A model generated the notes under the pieces. It did not search any database, was not told the origin of the DNA, and worked only from the letters and a program-made list of their open reading frames with translations. A DNA stretch of 64,000 nt from Rhodoferax sp. (GTDB lineage: Bacteria; Pseudomonadota; Gammaproteobacteria; Burkholderiales; Burkholderiaceae_C): the NCBI RefSeq assembly GCF_028689305.1, contig NZ_JAQTWM010000003.1, forward strand, positions 22,085 through 86,084, given 5' to 3'. Position 1 is the stretch's first letter. Each line of letters opens with the position of its first letter. The translations under genes and the position numbers were made by a program. Shown piece after piece: positions 51,255 to 60,679 of this stretch.

Positions 51255-53795
51255 ATGAATAGCTACCATGCAAGTCGGATGCTTAGATTTTGTGTCGCGC
51301 TAACGTTAGGCCTCCTAAATCACATTGCTTCACAAGCAGGGCCTGCCAATCCTTTTCCATACCTGATTAAACAACCGGATGGGACATCATTCACCGCTGT
51401 GCAACGCGGTGATGAATTTCAAGGCTGGACAGAAACTGAAGATGGGTTCTCAATTACAAAAAATCATCGGACTGGATTTTTTGAATATTTGACTGAAGAT
51501 CCGCAGGGAAACGGTACACCTTCTGGCATTGCAGTATCACCGAATGGAAAAATTGCAATTCAGCAGCTGAATGGAAAGAAAAGTATTCGCCCAATTAGAA
51601 ATGTAGAATTGGAACAATATTCAAATGGTTTTCTTAATAATGTAAGAATTTTCAATAAGACCGCTGTGTTAGGTGAGTCAACATCCAGCTTGGAAAAAGT
51701 CACAGGTATTTGGGCGCCAACACCTGTTACAGGGTCGAAAAAAATTCTCACCATATTGGTAAATTTTTCGAATATTGGTTTGAGTTCTAACGCCTCTACC
51801 TATTGGTACAATGCCATTCATGGTACCGGTGCTTCTGTTGCTCAGTACTATAAGGATAATTCATTCAATAATATATCAATTACTCCGGTGGCACATACCC
51901 AACCAGGCAATCCTGCTGGTATTGTTTCCGTCAATCTTGGCCAAGCGCATCCTGGTTGCGCTGGTTCTTGTAGCTACTCTACGGAATCCACTTGGATTAA
52001 CAGTGCATTAGCAGCGGCAGCACCCTATGTTGACTTCCCTGCACTGGATACAAATGGTGATGGAACCATATCAGTTGATGAAACATTAATCTATTTTATT
52101 TTGGCTGGGTATGAAACATCTGCTAGCTCTGGCTCATCGCCTTCAATATGGGCACATGCTTGGGGTGGATCAGGAGTCAGTGTCGAAGGAAAAAATGTCA
52201 ATCACTGGGCTTTGAATGGTGAGCGATACAACGCATCAACTTTAATGACGATGGGTGTTATTGCTCATGAAATGGGTCACGCCATGGGTGGACTTCCGGA
52301 TTTATATGACATTGCAGGAATAAATAAAGGGCTAGGTGCTTTTAGTCTCATGGCCAGTGGTTCATGGGGTAGCAAGAGTGGTGAAACTGGGGGAGCTACT
52401 CCAGTCGGCATGGATGCTTGGAGTCGTCAATATCTCGGATGGTCTACACCTCAACAAGCAACTACTGGAACAACATTTCAATTTGTTAGTGGACTCAGCA
52501 GTTCGAGTTCGGCATTGATGTTGATTAACGAATCAATCAGCAGCAGTGAATATTGGCTGATCGAAAATCGCCCACCAACCAGTTGGGATGCAGGAATGTA
52601 TCGTTTTGTGGGGAGTTGGACAGGTGGTTTACTGATTCAGCATATTGATCTAAATATTGGATCTAAATCAGCAAATAGTTTTAACAAATATATCGATGGA
52701 TCACATCAAGGAAATATGGCTGAGGAGCCTTCCACAGCAGTCTGCAGTCTTGCAGCCATATCAGGGAGTACGCTTGGCTGCGCTTCCATTCTCTATTATT
52801 CGGGAAATAGCACTACTTTCAATAATACATCTAATCCAAGTTCAGACTATTATTCATTAGGTGGGAGTAATTTGGGAATTTCAGGCGTTTCAGCGCCAAG
52901 TGGTGTCATGACGGCTGTTGTGGAGATTTCTAATACGCCACCTGTCAATTACGTCTTGACTGTAGCTAAAACAGGTGAAGGAGTTGGTACTGTTACAAGT
53001 AGTCCAAGCGGAATATCCTGTGGAGCTACATGTAGCGCATCATTTGGAGCAGGTTCGGTAGTTAATCTGATCGCCACGAGTACTGGGTCCAATATATTTA
53101 TGGGCTGGAGTGGCGCCTGCACAGGTACGGGTTCATGCAGTGTGACTATGGATAGTGCCAAAAATGTTGTTGCTAACTTTACTGTCGGCACGGTGATTTC
53201 TCCTCTGAATCAAACTAATCTTTCCGGTGCCGCTGGTAGTAGCAGTTACTATTCCTTTAATGTACCGGCTGGCGCTCGCAATCTGCTAATACAAATCAGC
53301 GGGGGTACGGGTGATGTTGATCTTTACGTCAAAGCGAATCAAACCCCAACGCTACAGATGTTTGATTGTCGCCCCTATTTGCCGGGTAACAACGAGAGTT
53401 GTAGTTTTCCAATGCCGGGAGCGGCAACAACTTATCAAATCATGCTACATGCCTACGCTGCGTATAGCGGCGTGACCCTAAACGCAAGTTACACCATCCC
53501 CCCGACGGGCTACACACTTACGGTGAGCAAGACGGGTGCAGGGGGCGGAACGGTCACAAGCTCACCAGCGGGTATCTCTTGCGGCAGCACATGTTCTGCC
53601 ACGTTTGCAGCAGGCAGTCTGGTAACACTGACCGCTGAACCTGCTGCTGGTTCAGCTTTTTCTGGATGGTCTGGCTTGTGTTCTGGTCAGGGTTTATGCA
53701 GTTTTTCTATGAATTCTTCGCAGTCTGTTACGGCATCGTTTAGAAAAATTACGACAGATATAACACCTATATTGATGCTTTTATTAGGTGATTAA
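51255..53795 (+). CDS. Secreted M6-family (immune inhibitor A-like) metalloprotease with two beta-repeat domains and a PPC domain
   Basis: QPDG...GDE prodomain, HEMGHAMGGLPDLY, SLMASGSW, ENR; two LTV.KTG.G.GTVTSSP.GISCG repeats flanking a GGTGDVDLYV PPC domain; low GC. Confidence 0.88.
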   Translation: MNSYHASRMLRFCVALTLGLLNHIASQAGPANPFPYLIKQPDGTSFTAVQRGDEFQGWTETEDGFSITKNHRTGFFEYLTEDPQGNGTPSGIAVSPNGKIAIQQLNGKKSIRPIRNVELEQYSNGFLNNVRIFNKTAVLGESTSSLEKVTGIWAPTPVTGSKKILTILVNFSNIGLSSNASTYWYNAIHGTGASVAQYYKDNSFNNISITPVAHTQPGNPAGIVSVNLGQAHPGCAGSCSYSTESTWINSALAAAAPYVDFPALDTNGDGTISVDETLIYFILAGYETSASSGSSPSIWAHAWGGSGVSVEGKNVNHWALNGERYNASTLMTMGVIAHEMGHAMGGLPDLYDIAGINKGLGAFSLMASGSWGSKSGETGGATPVGMDAWSRQYLGWSTPQQATTGTTFQFVSGLSSSSSALMLINESISSSEYWLIENRPPTSWDAGMYRFVGSWTGGLLIQHIDLNIGSKSANSFNKYIDGSHQGNMAEEPSTAVCSLAAISGSTLGCASILYYSGNSTTFNNTSNPSSDYYSLGGSNLGISGVSAPSGVMTAVVEISNTPPVNYVLTVAKTGEGVGTVTSSPSGISCGATCSASFGAGSVVNLIATSTGSNIFMGWSGACTGTGSCSVTMDSAKNVVANFTVGTVISPLNQTNLSGAAGSSSYYSFNVPAGARNLLIQISGGTGDVDLYVKANQTPTLQMFDCRPYLPGNNESCSFPMPGAATTYQIMLHAYAAYSGVTLNASYTIPPTGYTLTVSKTGAGGGTVTSSPAGISCGSTCSATFAAGSLVTLTAEPAAGSAFSGWSGLCSGQGLCSFSMNSSQSVTASFRKITTDITPILMLLLGD

Positions 53796-53886
53796 ATATT
53801 AGGCAAGATTGGGGGAATCTATGGTAACAACTAAGAAACAAATGAACTGAAACTATATTTCTGAAATCAACATGAAAGGTATTATT

Positions 53887-54207
53887 ATGAAAAAAATTCT
53901 TATATCCACTTTAATGATGACAACTTGCCTTGCATCGCATGCAGTTGCAACAGATGAAACTCGATCAAATAATATTACTTTGGTTGCATCGTCTGCCGGA
54001 TCATCGTATCTAAAAACGGCATTGCCACTTGTCGATACTAAGTGTGTTTATAATGTTTTGTATTTTCCCTCATACACTTTACCTGAGACAAAATATTTGT
54101 ACTCTATGGTTTTATCAGCATACTCACAAAATATGCCAGTAACACGTATCGTGTATGATAGAAACCCTAACACAAATGAATGCACAATTTTTACCGTAAG
54201 CTTTTAA
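53887..54207 (+). CDS. Small secreted hypothetical protein
   Basis: MKKIL signal peptide after AAGG; two Cys in the mature part; low GC. Confidence 0.7.
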   Translation: MKKILISTLMMTTCLASHAVATDETRSNNITLVASSAGSSYLKTALPLVDTKCVYNVLYFPSYTLPETKYLYSMVLSAYSQNMPVTRIVYDRNPNTNECTIFTVSF

Positions 54208-54231
54208 TGTGAATGTAACAGCCACATTGCG

Positions 54232-54412
54232 GCCTATTGGCATTCTATAGCAGAATAGTAAAGCCCTTGCGACATACGCTACCCAGTGGATGTGGAAATA
54301 CAATCACGATCGGGTCCGCACATAGCCTTGGGCGGCATTACCCCAAAGCAGTGATTGATCATGGTCGCATAACCATTCTACTTCTTCCATCGGTGGAATA
54401 CGGGGGATTCCG
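54232..54412 (+). mobile_element. Degenerate IS3-family remnant (transposase 3' end and right terminus)
   Basis: Reads YATQWMWKYNHDR, then after a frameshift PHIALGGITPKQ*, matching the integrase-core tail W...YN..RP..ALG..TP; followed by TTCTACTTC...GGGGGATT. Confidence 0.65.
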
Positions 54413-54445
54413 GAGAATGGTATAGCAACCTGCTGGAGGTAGAAC

Positions 54446-57400
54446 TCACAATTTAATGTGATTAATATTTTTTTTGACCAAACTCAAATCACAAATTTCA
54501 GGCCACATTATTTTAAAACTTTTTACAAAAGCAGAACTGTTTTGAGAAAATTGACTTGAGCTAATTGCATTTCGCATATCACAAATTAATTTCTCGCATT
54601 TCATATATTCTGGACTTGAAAGAATTTTTTGACGATCTTTTTCGTCTTCAAATGCTAACGTATGATCACGATTCATGCTGTGAATATAATCTCCAATATA
54701 TTTATTTTCTTTCAGACTATCCCAATCGCAGTTATTTTTTGAAAATAATTGCAAAGTTAAAAGATAATCTTCCATAAATCGCTGCCCAGGCAAATATAAA
54801 ATGTGAGTTAAATTTAAATTATCTAAGTCCAGCATAAAACTATGCAGCGGAGCATGATTGTGTGTGAGGAATTCATCATAAGAATAGCCGTATTCATAGT
54901 TACGTTTGCGATTAATAATTAATTGGCTTTCTGAATTATATATAGTTGAATAAACGCGACCAAAACTAACTGATTTCCCGGTCACTTTTAATCGATCAAT
55001 CAACCAGATGTATGCATCCGGTGATAACAGATCATCAAAATCAAGAAACGCAGCATAACGTGTTTTCACTCGTAGTAAAGATTCGTTTAACATCGTAGAT
55101 CTTAAATCACTCTTTCCATTTTCTGAATAATACGAAAACACCTGTGCCTTACAATCATTTGGCCAATCAAAATTGGCAATTAAATTCTCTAACGCTAAAA
55201 CTTGCTGTTCTTCAAGATCTTGAGCTGCAATAAGAGGTGTCACAATACAATCTCTCATCGCATACAAAGTAAACAATGCATTTTCCAACTCATCAAGATC
55301 AGCTGACTTATGAAAGCGAATAATGGTTGTTACTCGATTTTGAGTAACATTATTTTTATTCGATGGAAGTGCTAAAAAACTACGTGCATTAGTGCTGATC
55401 TTAAAATTCTTATGCCCAGATTTTTCGACCCTTGCAGGAAAAATCAACATTGGAGCATCGTATCCATTTGAACTCGCCACTGACCCATTTTCAGTGACCA
55501 TAAATGGTGAACTATTGATGTTATAGCAATTAGATATGACTGTAGAACCAGACACAAATGCGAGTGCTAGCATTTGTTCTATTGCATCAGAATTGAAAAA
55601 GGCTACTCTACGAAATTCCAAAATAAAGTCAGATTCGTCCGGCTCTTGTATCACAGCCATAGAAATATATTTACCTAAATCTGCTGATTTAACGCTGACT
55701 GAACAGCTTTCAAAAATTGTTGAATTTAATATACAGCGAAAAAATCGTTTTCTTAATAATTCATCCAGATCAAGCTGACGAATAACAAATTCTGGAATAG
55801 ATATGTGTAACTTTATCCCCGTTGGGTAATTCTGTCCGCCATACTCGGTGGCCGAATAAGCCTTGCCAGATAAAGCACGTCCAACAGAATTTAAGTAGGC
55901 ATACCCATACCGGGAGTCTGGCTCTAAATGTGCACCTTCCGCCCATTCATTCCACGCATTGACAATAAGAAACTGCCGATCAACTGGTAGGTTAGCCTGG
56001 GTATAGGCAATTGAATTTTCCATCCACTCTTGGAAGCGCTGGGGCGTGCTCCCGTGAAGCAAAAACGCTTCAGAGCCATAGCGAGCGGTATTATCCCAAT
56101 TTGGAACAGTTGCTCGGAAATAGCAAAAATCTTTGGTATCAGTCTGGCCAGCATAAAAATTTGCGACTGCATCGTATGCCAACACACTCCCATTCACAGG
56201 CCAATACTGATTAAGCGAAGATTTAATGTCAGGTACTGCGCCGCCAGTCCAATCATGTAGATTTCGTTCAGTCCCCGCATCCATTCCAAAATTTCTTGGA
56301 TCGCTGGCACCGCGGGTTAAAACTGCAACCACATACGGCTGCTTTATCCCGGCGTTAAAACACTCTTCCCGCCAAATATCAAGGTACTCTTTACAATTAG
56401 GTATTGATGATGGTCGATAGATAAATAGAACGGGTCGATCCTCAACTCTTATATATCGCGAATCTCTGAAAAATGGAATCAGATAATTAATAAATTCTCT
56501 AGCATCTTGAGCTGAATAATTCTGTCCAAGCAAAATATCAGATTCATTGCCATCCCAACGCCGAGTCCAATTCTCATTTGCCCAACAAAAACAGAATGGA
56601 ATGCAAATATCTTTATTGTCCAGAAGGAGTTGAGCAGGTTTCTCAAGAATCAATTTTCCAGAAAACCAATAATGATAAAAAATCTGTCCGTAAACTCCGG
56701 ATTTTTTCATCATCGCAGCTTGAGATTTCAATACATCTGCTGAATTCAACAGATAATAACCTAGATCAGCATGAGGTATATGCTGCTGGTAGTGGCCTTG
56801 AAACAGTGGATAGGCCGCTTTTACTTTAGTCCATTCGGTAAACCCCTCGCCATGCCATCGATCATTTTCAGGAATTGGATGAAACTGGGGTAAATAATAA
56901 GCCAATACTTTTATATTTGAATGAATAATATTATCTGAATAATCATGTTGTATTTCATATTGTTGATAATCCTCAATCGAATCCATATTATGAATTCGAA
57001 TACAATTGCCTGGATACTGGGATGCAAATATGAGTATTAATCTCTCAAGCGCATGTGCCAAAGTTCCATCCGCAGGAATTGGCTCTTTTTCAAAATCATC
57101 GTACCCCAGAGGCAGCGAAAGAAACTCCTTCAAACAATCCGCACGCCCCCAAAACATTGCGCCCTCTGGGAACTCAACCGTTGAAAAATTTTGAATAGAG
57201 ATTTTTGTATGGGTAATTAGTATATTCTTCGCAATTTGATAGTTATCATCCCAGCCGGTAGGTGCCTTTATAAAATTATTTTTCCCAGCGGAATAAACGA
57301 TCTTAGCATTTGATTGAAGTAACTTGATTATATGGGTGACGTGACCACCGGTACTATTAGGTTTTCCTAATAGATTAGTCATAATTTCCTCGTGCCAACC

Positions 57401-59278
57401 TGTCAAATTGCTATTGTGGGGACTCTTTTTTGTATGGATATGGCAAATAATTTCATATTCAGCTAATCTTCCGCCAAATTGAGCAATTAATGGTGCAATA
57501 TTCCTACCTCGATTTTCAACTCGCTCAACAACAATTAATTTTGCGTTTTTTAGTAATTTTTTTAATTCATTCTCGATATTATTAATAATTGTTGATTTTT
57601 GTACCGAAACATATAGGTCATACTGTATAGGAAGGTTGTTTAAATAGTCAACCATCTGTAAAAGCATATCTGTATAAAAAAGATGCAAATGCAGAGCAAC
57701 AGATGTTTTATTTAAAGATTCCGGTGGTCTAATATCCAGTAATGGATCAATGTAATAAGGCACTATAGAAAAAGGAGACTTATTGAAAGCAATTTGCCTA
57801 TATTCTTCATTTATTTGCTGTGATTGTGTCTCACTTATTTGCTTTACATTATTAATGCGCCATCTAATTCCAGATATGCCTTCTGACAAAACTACATTCA
57901 GTACTGTTCGTGTTGTTGAAAAAAAACCGCCACCTACCCGAATAATTTGCAAAAATAGAGACAATAATCTCTTTGCTTGATGAATAAAATCTAGGCAAGA
58001 ACGCAGTGGCTGCGTAATCCGCCAACTTTTACTTTTTTTAATATTGTCAACGGTTATTTCAAGGCTATTCAGCCACTCGCTTCGCTCTGCAAGAGTCTGG
58101 TTCAAGCTGGCAATTTGCACTTCCTTCGCTGCAAGATCCTGACTCAAACCGGCAATCTGACTCTGCTCGCTGGGAAGACCTTGGCCCATGCTGACAATCT
58201 GGCTGTCTCTTTCTCCAATGGCCTTGTTCAGACTGGCGATCTGACCCTCTTTGTCCGCAAGAGTTTGACCCATGCTGGTAATCTGGCTGTCTCTTTCTCC
58301 AATGGCCTTGTTCAGACTGGCGATCTGACCCTCTTTGTCCGCAAGAGTTTGACCCATGCTGGTAATCTGGCTGTCACACTTCACTATCGCTTTTAATGCA
58401 GCATCTTTTTGTGTGTAAAGCCTATCAGCCAAATTCAAGAAAGAAGACATGCGTTCAAATTCGGCTGCCCAACGCGCAACCATATCCCTTAGCTCCGGGG
58501 AATTTATCGGCACGTTATCTGATGCTACTTTCACCAACGCTGCGTAAACCTCCCTTACAAGTGCAGGACAAGCATCGTCTAGTGCTAAGTCATTCAAGTC
58601 ATATACTGTATGACGTAGTCCGAGGTCGAGAAATTCCTGCTTGTAAACTTGCAAAGCATCATGATCAATAATCAGATTAAGTTGCTCTGCGATCCGTCCC
58701 AATTGGTGATCCGGCAACAACATTAATGAGTCGTAGTCAACCAAGACACGTTTGCCGTCAGCACTATCTGACATCATCCGGATGACGTGCCCCAACCATA
58801 ACAGGTAACTTTTTTCTGCATCAAAATTGTCGCGCTTTTTCAATGACTTCACTACACTGATCGGGTGACGCAATGCCAAAACGTACCCAACGTCAAACTC
58901 GCAGTGCTTAAACACAGCGCGCCAAAACGGTAGGAGCTTGGTTACGCGCGGATCTTTGAAGCCAAAGAGGGGAGAGTCATCAACCTTTTGCCGAAGCAAT
59001 TCAACCGCACGAAGGAAAAATCCTTTGTTGCGCAATACATCAACATCTTTTTCATCAATATTTGCAAGTGAATGCCAATCAAGACCTAAATCATTTAGTA
59101 TTTCGACATCCAAATCATTGAAATAAATATCTTCCCAAAAACCCTTTTCATTGACACCAGCCAAAGGGCCATACATGGTCTGCCCCAAATCCACGCCCAA
59201 CACTTGCAATCCACGCGTGATGGCGCTGGTGCCGCTGCGGTGCATTCCCAAAACCACAATCAATCTTTTATTATTCAT
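54446..59278 (-). CDS. Multidomain glycan enzyme: sulfotransferase - coiled coil - RgpF-like - WbsX/GH99-like - GT2-like
   Basis: GMHRSGTS, KDPR, RHP.SV..SL; heptad repeats ending in SKSWRITQPLR; HLHLFY, NRGR, HTKKS, HALER; YYLPQFH, FTEW, WANENW, NAWNEWAEG; AFLDFDD; low GC. Confidence 0.88.
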   Translation of the reverse strand: MNNKRLIVVLGMHRSGTSAITRGLQVLGVDLGQTMYGPLAGVNEKGFWEDIYFNDLDVEILNDLGLDWHSLANIDEKDVDVLRNKGFFLRAVELLRQKVDDSPLFGFKDPRVTKLLPFWRAVFKHCEFDVGYVLALRHPISVVKSLKKRDNFDAEKSYLLWLGHVIRMMSDSADGKRVLVDYDSLMLLPDHQLGRIAEQLNLIIDHDALQVYKQEFLDLGLRHTVYDLNDLALDDACPALVREVYAALVKVASDNVPINSPELRDMVARWAAEFERMSSFLNLADRLYTQKDAALKAIVKCDSQITSMGQTLADKEGQIASLNKAIGERDSQITSMGQTLADKEGQIASLNKAIGERDSQIVSMGQGLPSEQSQIAGLSQDLAAKEVQIASLNQTLAERSEWLNSLEITVDNIKKSKSWRITQPLRSCLDFIHQAKRLLSLFLQIIRVGGGFFSTTRTVLNVVLSEGISGIRWRINNVKQISETQSQQINEEYRQIAFNKSPFSIVPYYIDPLLDIRPPESLNKTSVALHLHLFYTDMLLQMVDYLNNLPIQYDLYVSVQKSTIINNIENELKKLLKNAKLIVVERVENRGRNIAPLIAQFGGRLAEYEIICHIHTKKSPHNSNLTGWHEEIMTNLLGKPNSTGGHVTHIIKLLQSNAKIVYSAGKNNFIKAPTGWDDNYQIAKNILITHTKISIQNFSTVEFPEGAMFWGRADCLKEFLSLPLGYDDFEKEPIPADGTLAHALERLILIFASQYPGNCIRIHNMDSIEDYQQYEIQHDYSDNIIHSNIKVLAYYLPQFHPIPENDRWHGEGFTEWTKVKAAYPLFQGHYQQHIPHADLGYYLLNSADVLKSQAAMMKKSGVYGQIFYHYWFSGKLILEKPAQLLLDNKDICIPFCFCWANENWTRRWDGNESDILLGQNYSAQDAREFINYLIPFFRDSRYIRVEDRPVLFIYRPSSIPNCKEYLDIWREECFNAGIKQPYVVAVLTRGASDPRNFGMDAGTERNLHDWTGGAVPDIKSSLNQYWPVNGSVLAYDAVANFYAGQTDTKDFCYFRATVPNWDNTARYGSEAFLLHGSTPQRFQEWMENSIAYTQANLPVDRQFLIVNAWNEWAEGAHLEPDSRYGYAYLNSVGRALSGKAYSATEYGGQNYPTGIKLHISIPEFVIRQLDLDELLRKRFFRCILNSTIFESCSVSVKSADLGKYISMAVIQEPDESDFILEFRRVAFFNSDAIEQMLALAFVSGSTVISNCYNINSSPFMVTENGSVASSNGYDAPMLIFPARVEKSGHKNFKISTNARSFLALPSNKNNVTQNRVTTIIRFHKSADLDELENALFTLYAMRDCIVTPLIAAQDLEEQQVLALENLIANFDWPNDCKAQVFSYYSENGKSDLRSTMLNESLLRVKTRYAAFLDFDDLLSPDAYIWLIDRLKVTGKSVSFGRVYSTIYNSESQLIINRKRNYEYGYSYDEFLTHNHAPLHSFMLDLDNLNLTHILYLPGQRFMEDYLLTLQLFSKNNCDWDSLKENKYIGDYIHSMNRDHTLAFEDEKDRQKILSSPEYMKCEKLICDMRNAISSSQFSQNSSAFVKSFKIMWPEICDLSLVKKNINHIKL
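58196..58375. repeat. Exact 84-bp tandem repeat (28 aa, about 2.1 copies)
   Basis: AATCTGGCTGTC recurs at 58196, 58280 and 58364 with identical sequence between. Confidence 0.95.
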
Positions 59279-59296
59279 TTCTTCGGAAATTCGAGT

Positions 59297-60679
59297 TCAT
59301 TTATAACTATTGAAACCATCATTTAACAACTGAACTTCAGGTGAGCAAGAAAAATCAACGATGCCTGTTCCGAGTATCTCTGAATCATGCAAAACACGAA
59401 ATAAAGCAACGTCCAAAATTCGGTGTAAGTAAGTTTCTTCACCATTGATCTCTCCTACTACACCCGCATTTAAAAAGAAAGTACCGGGGTTAAGAGCGCA
59501 GACAAACCGAAATTCGACTGCATAACTAGTACCTGCTGTAATTGCATTTATGCTGGTACGTACAGTATTTGCACTGGTACCACCGCCCAATTCCAATCCA
59601 GATGTTGCTTTAATCATCATGCCAAAACGCACATTGCTGGCGCTTTGCGAAAACTGTACTTGATAAACGTAGCGATAGGTCTTGCCACGAATCAAGTTGT
59701 TCACTCGTTCCCCTGCCAGTGTGAGTACGGCCGGATCCTGAATCAATGCGCCGCGTGATTCATAAGTGATGGTACTGCTGGGAATCAGACTGGGGTCAAA
59801 GCTTTCATGTTGAGCAAGCTCAGACTTGGGCACAGCAGGCGATTCAACCGCCACTGCTGGCACGGCGGCATCAAGCCGACGCACCACTTGCCGGATGGTT
59901 TCGCGCTGCTCTGGCGGCGCATACAGCAGCTTTTGGTAGCGTCCCACAATTTGCTTGGGCGCGCCCATGCAAAGCAGTTCGCCAGCGTCGAGCAGCACGG
60001 CGCGATCGCACAGCTCGACGATAGTGCCGCCGGAATGCGATACGAAGAGAATGGTGGCACCGCTGGCGCGGATGGACTCAATGCGCGAGAAGCATTTGCG
60101 CTGAAACAGCTCGTCGCCCACCGACAGGGCTTCGTCCACAATCAGTATTTCGGGGTCGACATTGATGGCCACGGCAAAGGCCAGGCGCACCATCATGCCG
60201 CTGGAGTAGGTTTTAACGGGTTGCTCGATGAATTGGCCAATGTCGGCAAAGGCGGCAATGGCGTCAAAACGAGCGTCAATTTCGGTTTGGCTCAGACCCA
60301 GCACGGTGGCATTGAGGTAAACGTTTTCACGCCCGGTAAATTCGGGGTTGAAGCCCGAGCCCAGTTCTAACAAGGCGGCCACCCGGCCACGGGTATGCAC
60401 CATGCCACTGGTGGGGCTGAGAGTGCCGCAGATGATTTGCAACAAGGTTGACTTGCCGCTGCCGTTGCGCCCGATGATGCCAACGGTTTCACCGCGCTTG
60501 ACATCAAACGCCACGTCTTTGAGGGCCCAGAAGTCAAGAAAGTATCGGCGTTGCGGCTGCCCGGCAAGTTTTTGCAGTGGGGGCAACACAAACTGCTTGA
60601 GCCGGTCACGCGGGGTCGGGTAAATTTCAAAGCGTTTGCTCAATCCCTGAATGCGGATGGCAGTATCGTCAGAGGACAT
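59297..60679 (-). CDS. wzt: Polysaccharide ABC exporter ATPase with C-terminal Wzt_C-type domain
   Basis: FWALKDV.F, GRNGSGKSTLL, ELGSGFNPE.TGREN, YSSGM..RLAFA; long beta-rich C-terminal extension. Confidence 0.93.
   Translation of the reverse strand: MSSDDTAIRIQGLSKRFEIYPTPRDRLKQFVLPPLQKLAGQPQRRYFLDFWALKDVAFDVKRGETVGIIGRNGSGKSTLLQIICGTLSPTSGMVHTRGRVAALLELGSGFNPEFTGRENVYLNATVLGLSQTEIDARFDAIAAFADIGQFIEQPVKTYSSGMMVRLAFAVAINVDPEILIVDEALSVGDELFQRKCFSRIESIRASGATILFVSHSGGTIVELCDRAVLLDAGELLCMGAPKQIVGRYQKLLYAPPEQRETIRQVVRRLDAAVPAVAVESPAVPKSELAQHESFDPSLIPSSTITYESRGALIQDPAVLTLAGERVNNLIRGKTYRYVYQVQFSQSASNVRFGMMIKATSGLELGGGTSANTVRTSINAITAGTSYAVEFRFVCALNPGTFFLNAGVVGEINGEETYLHRILDVALFRVLHDSEILGTGIVDFSCSPEVQLLNDGFNSYK

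Noticed and set aside
54237-54425. 62-aa ORF
   Set aside because: Overlaps the IS3 remnant in another frame; probably spurious
58196-58375. Tandem repeat considered as a CRISPR array
   Set aside because: No unique spacers, in-frame coding, no cas genes
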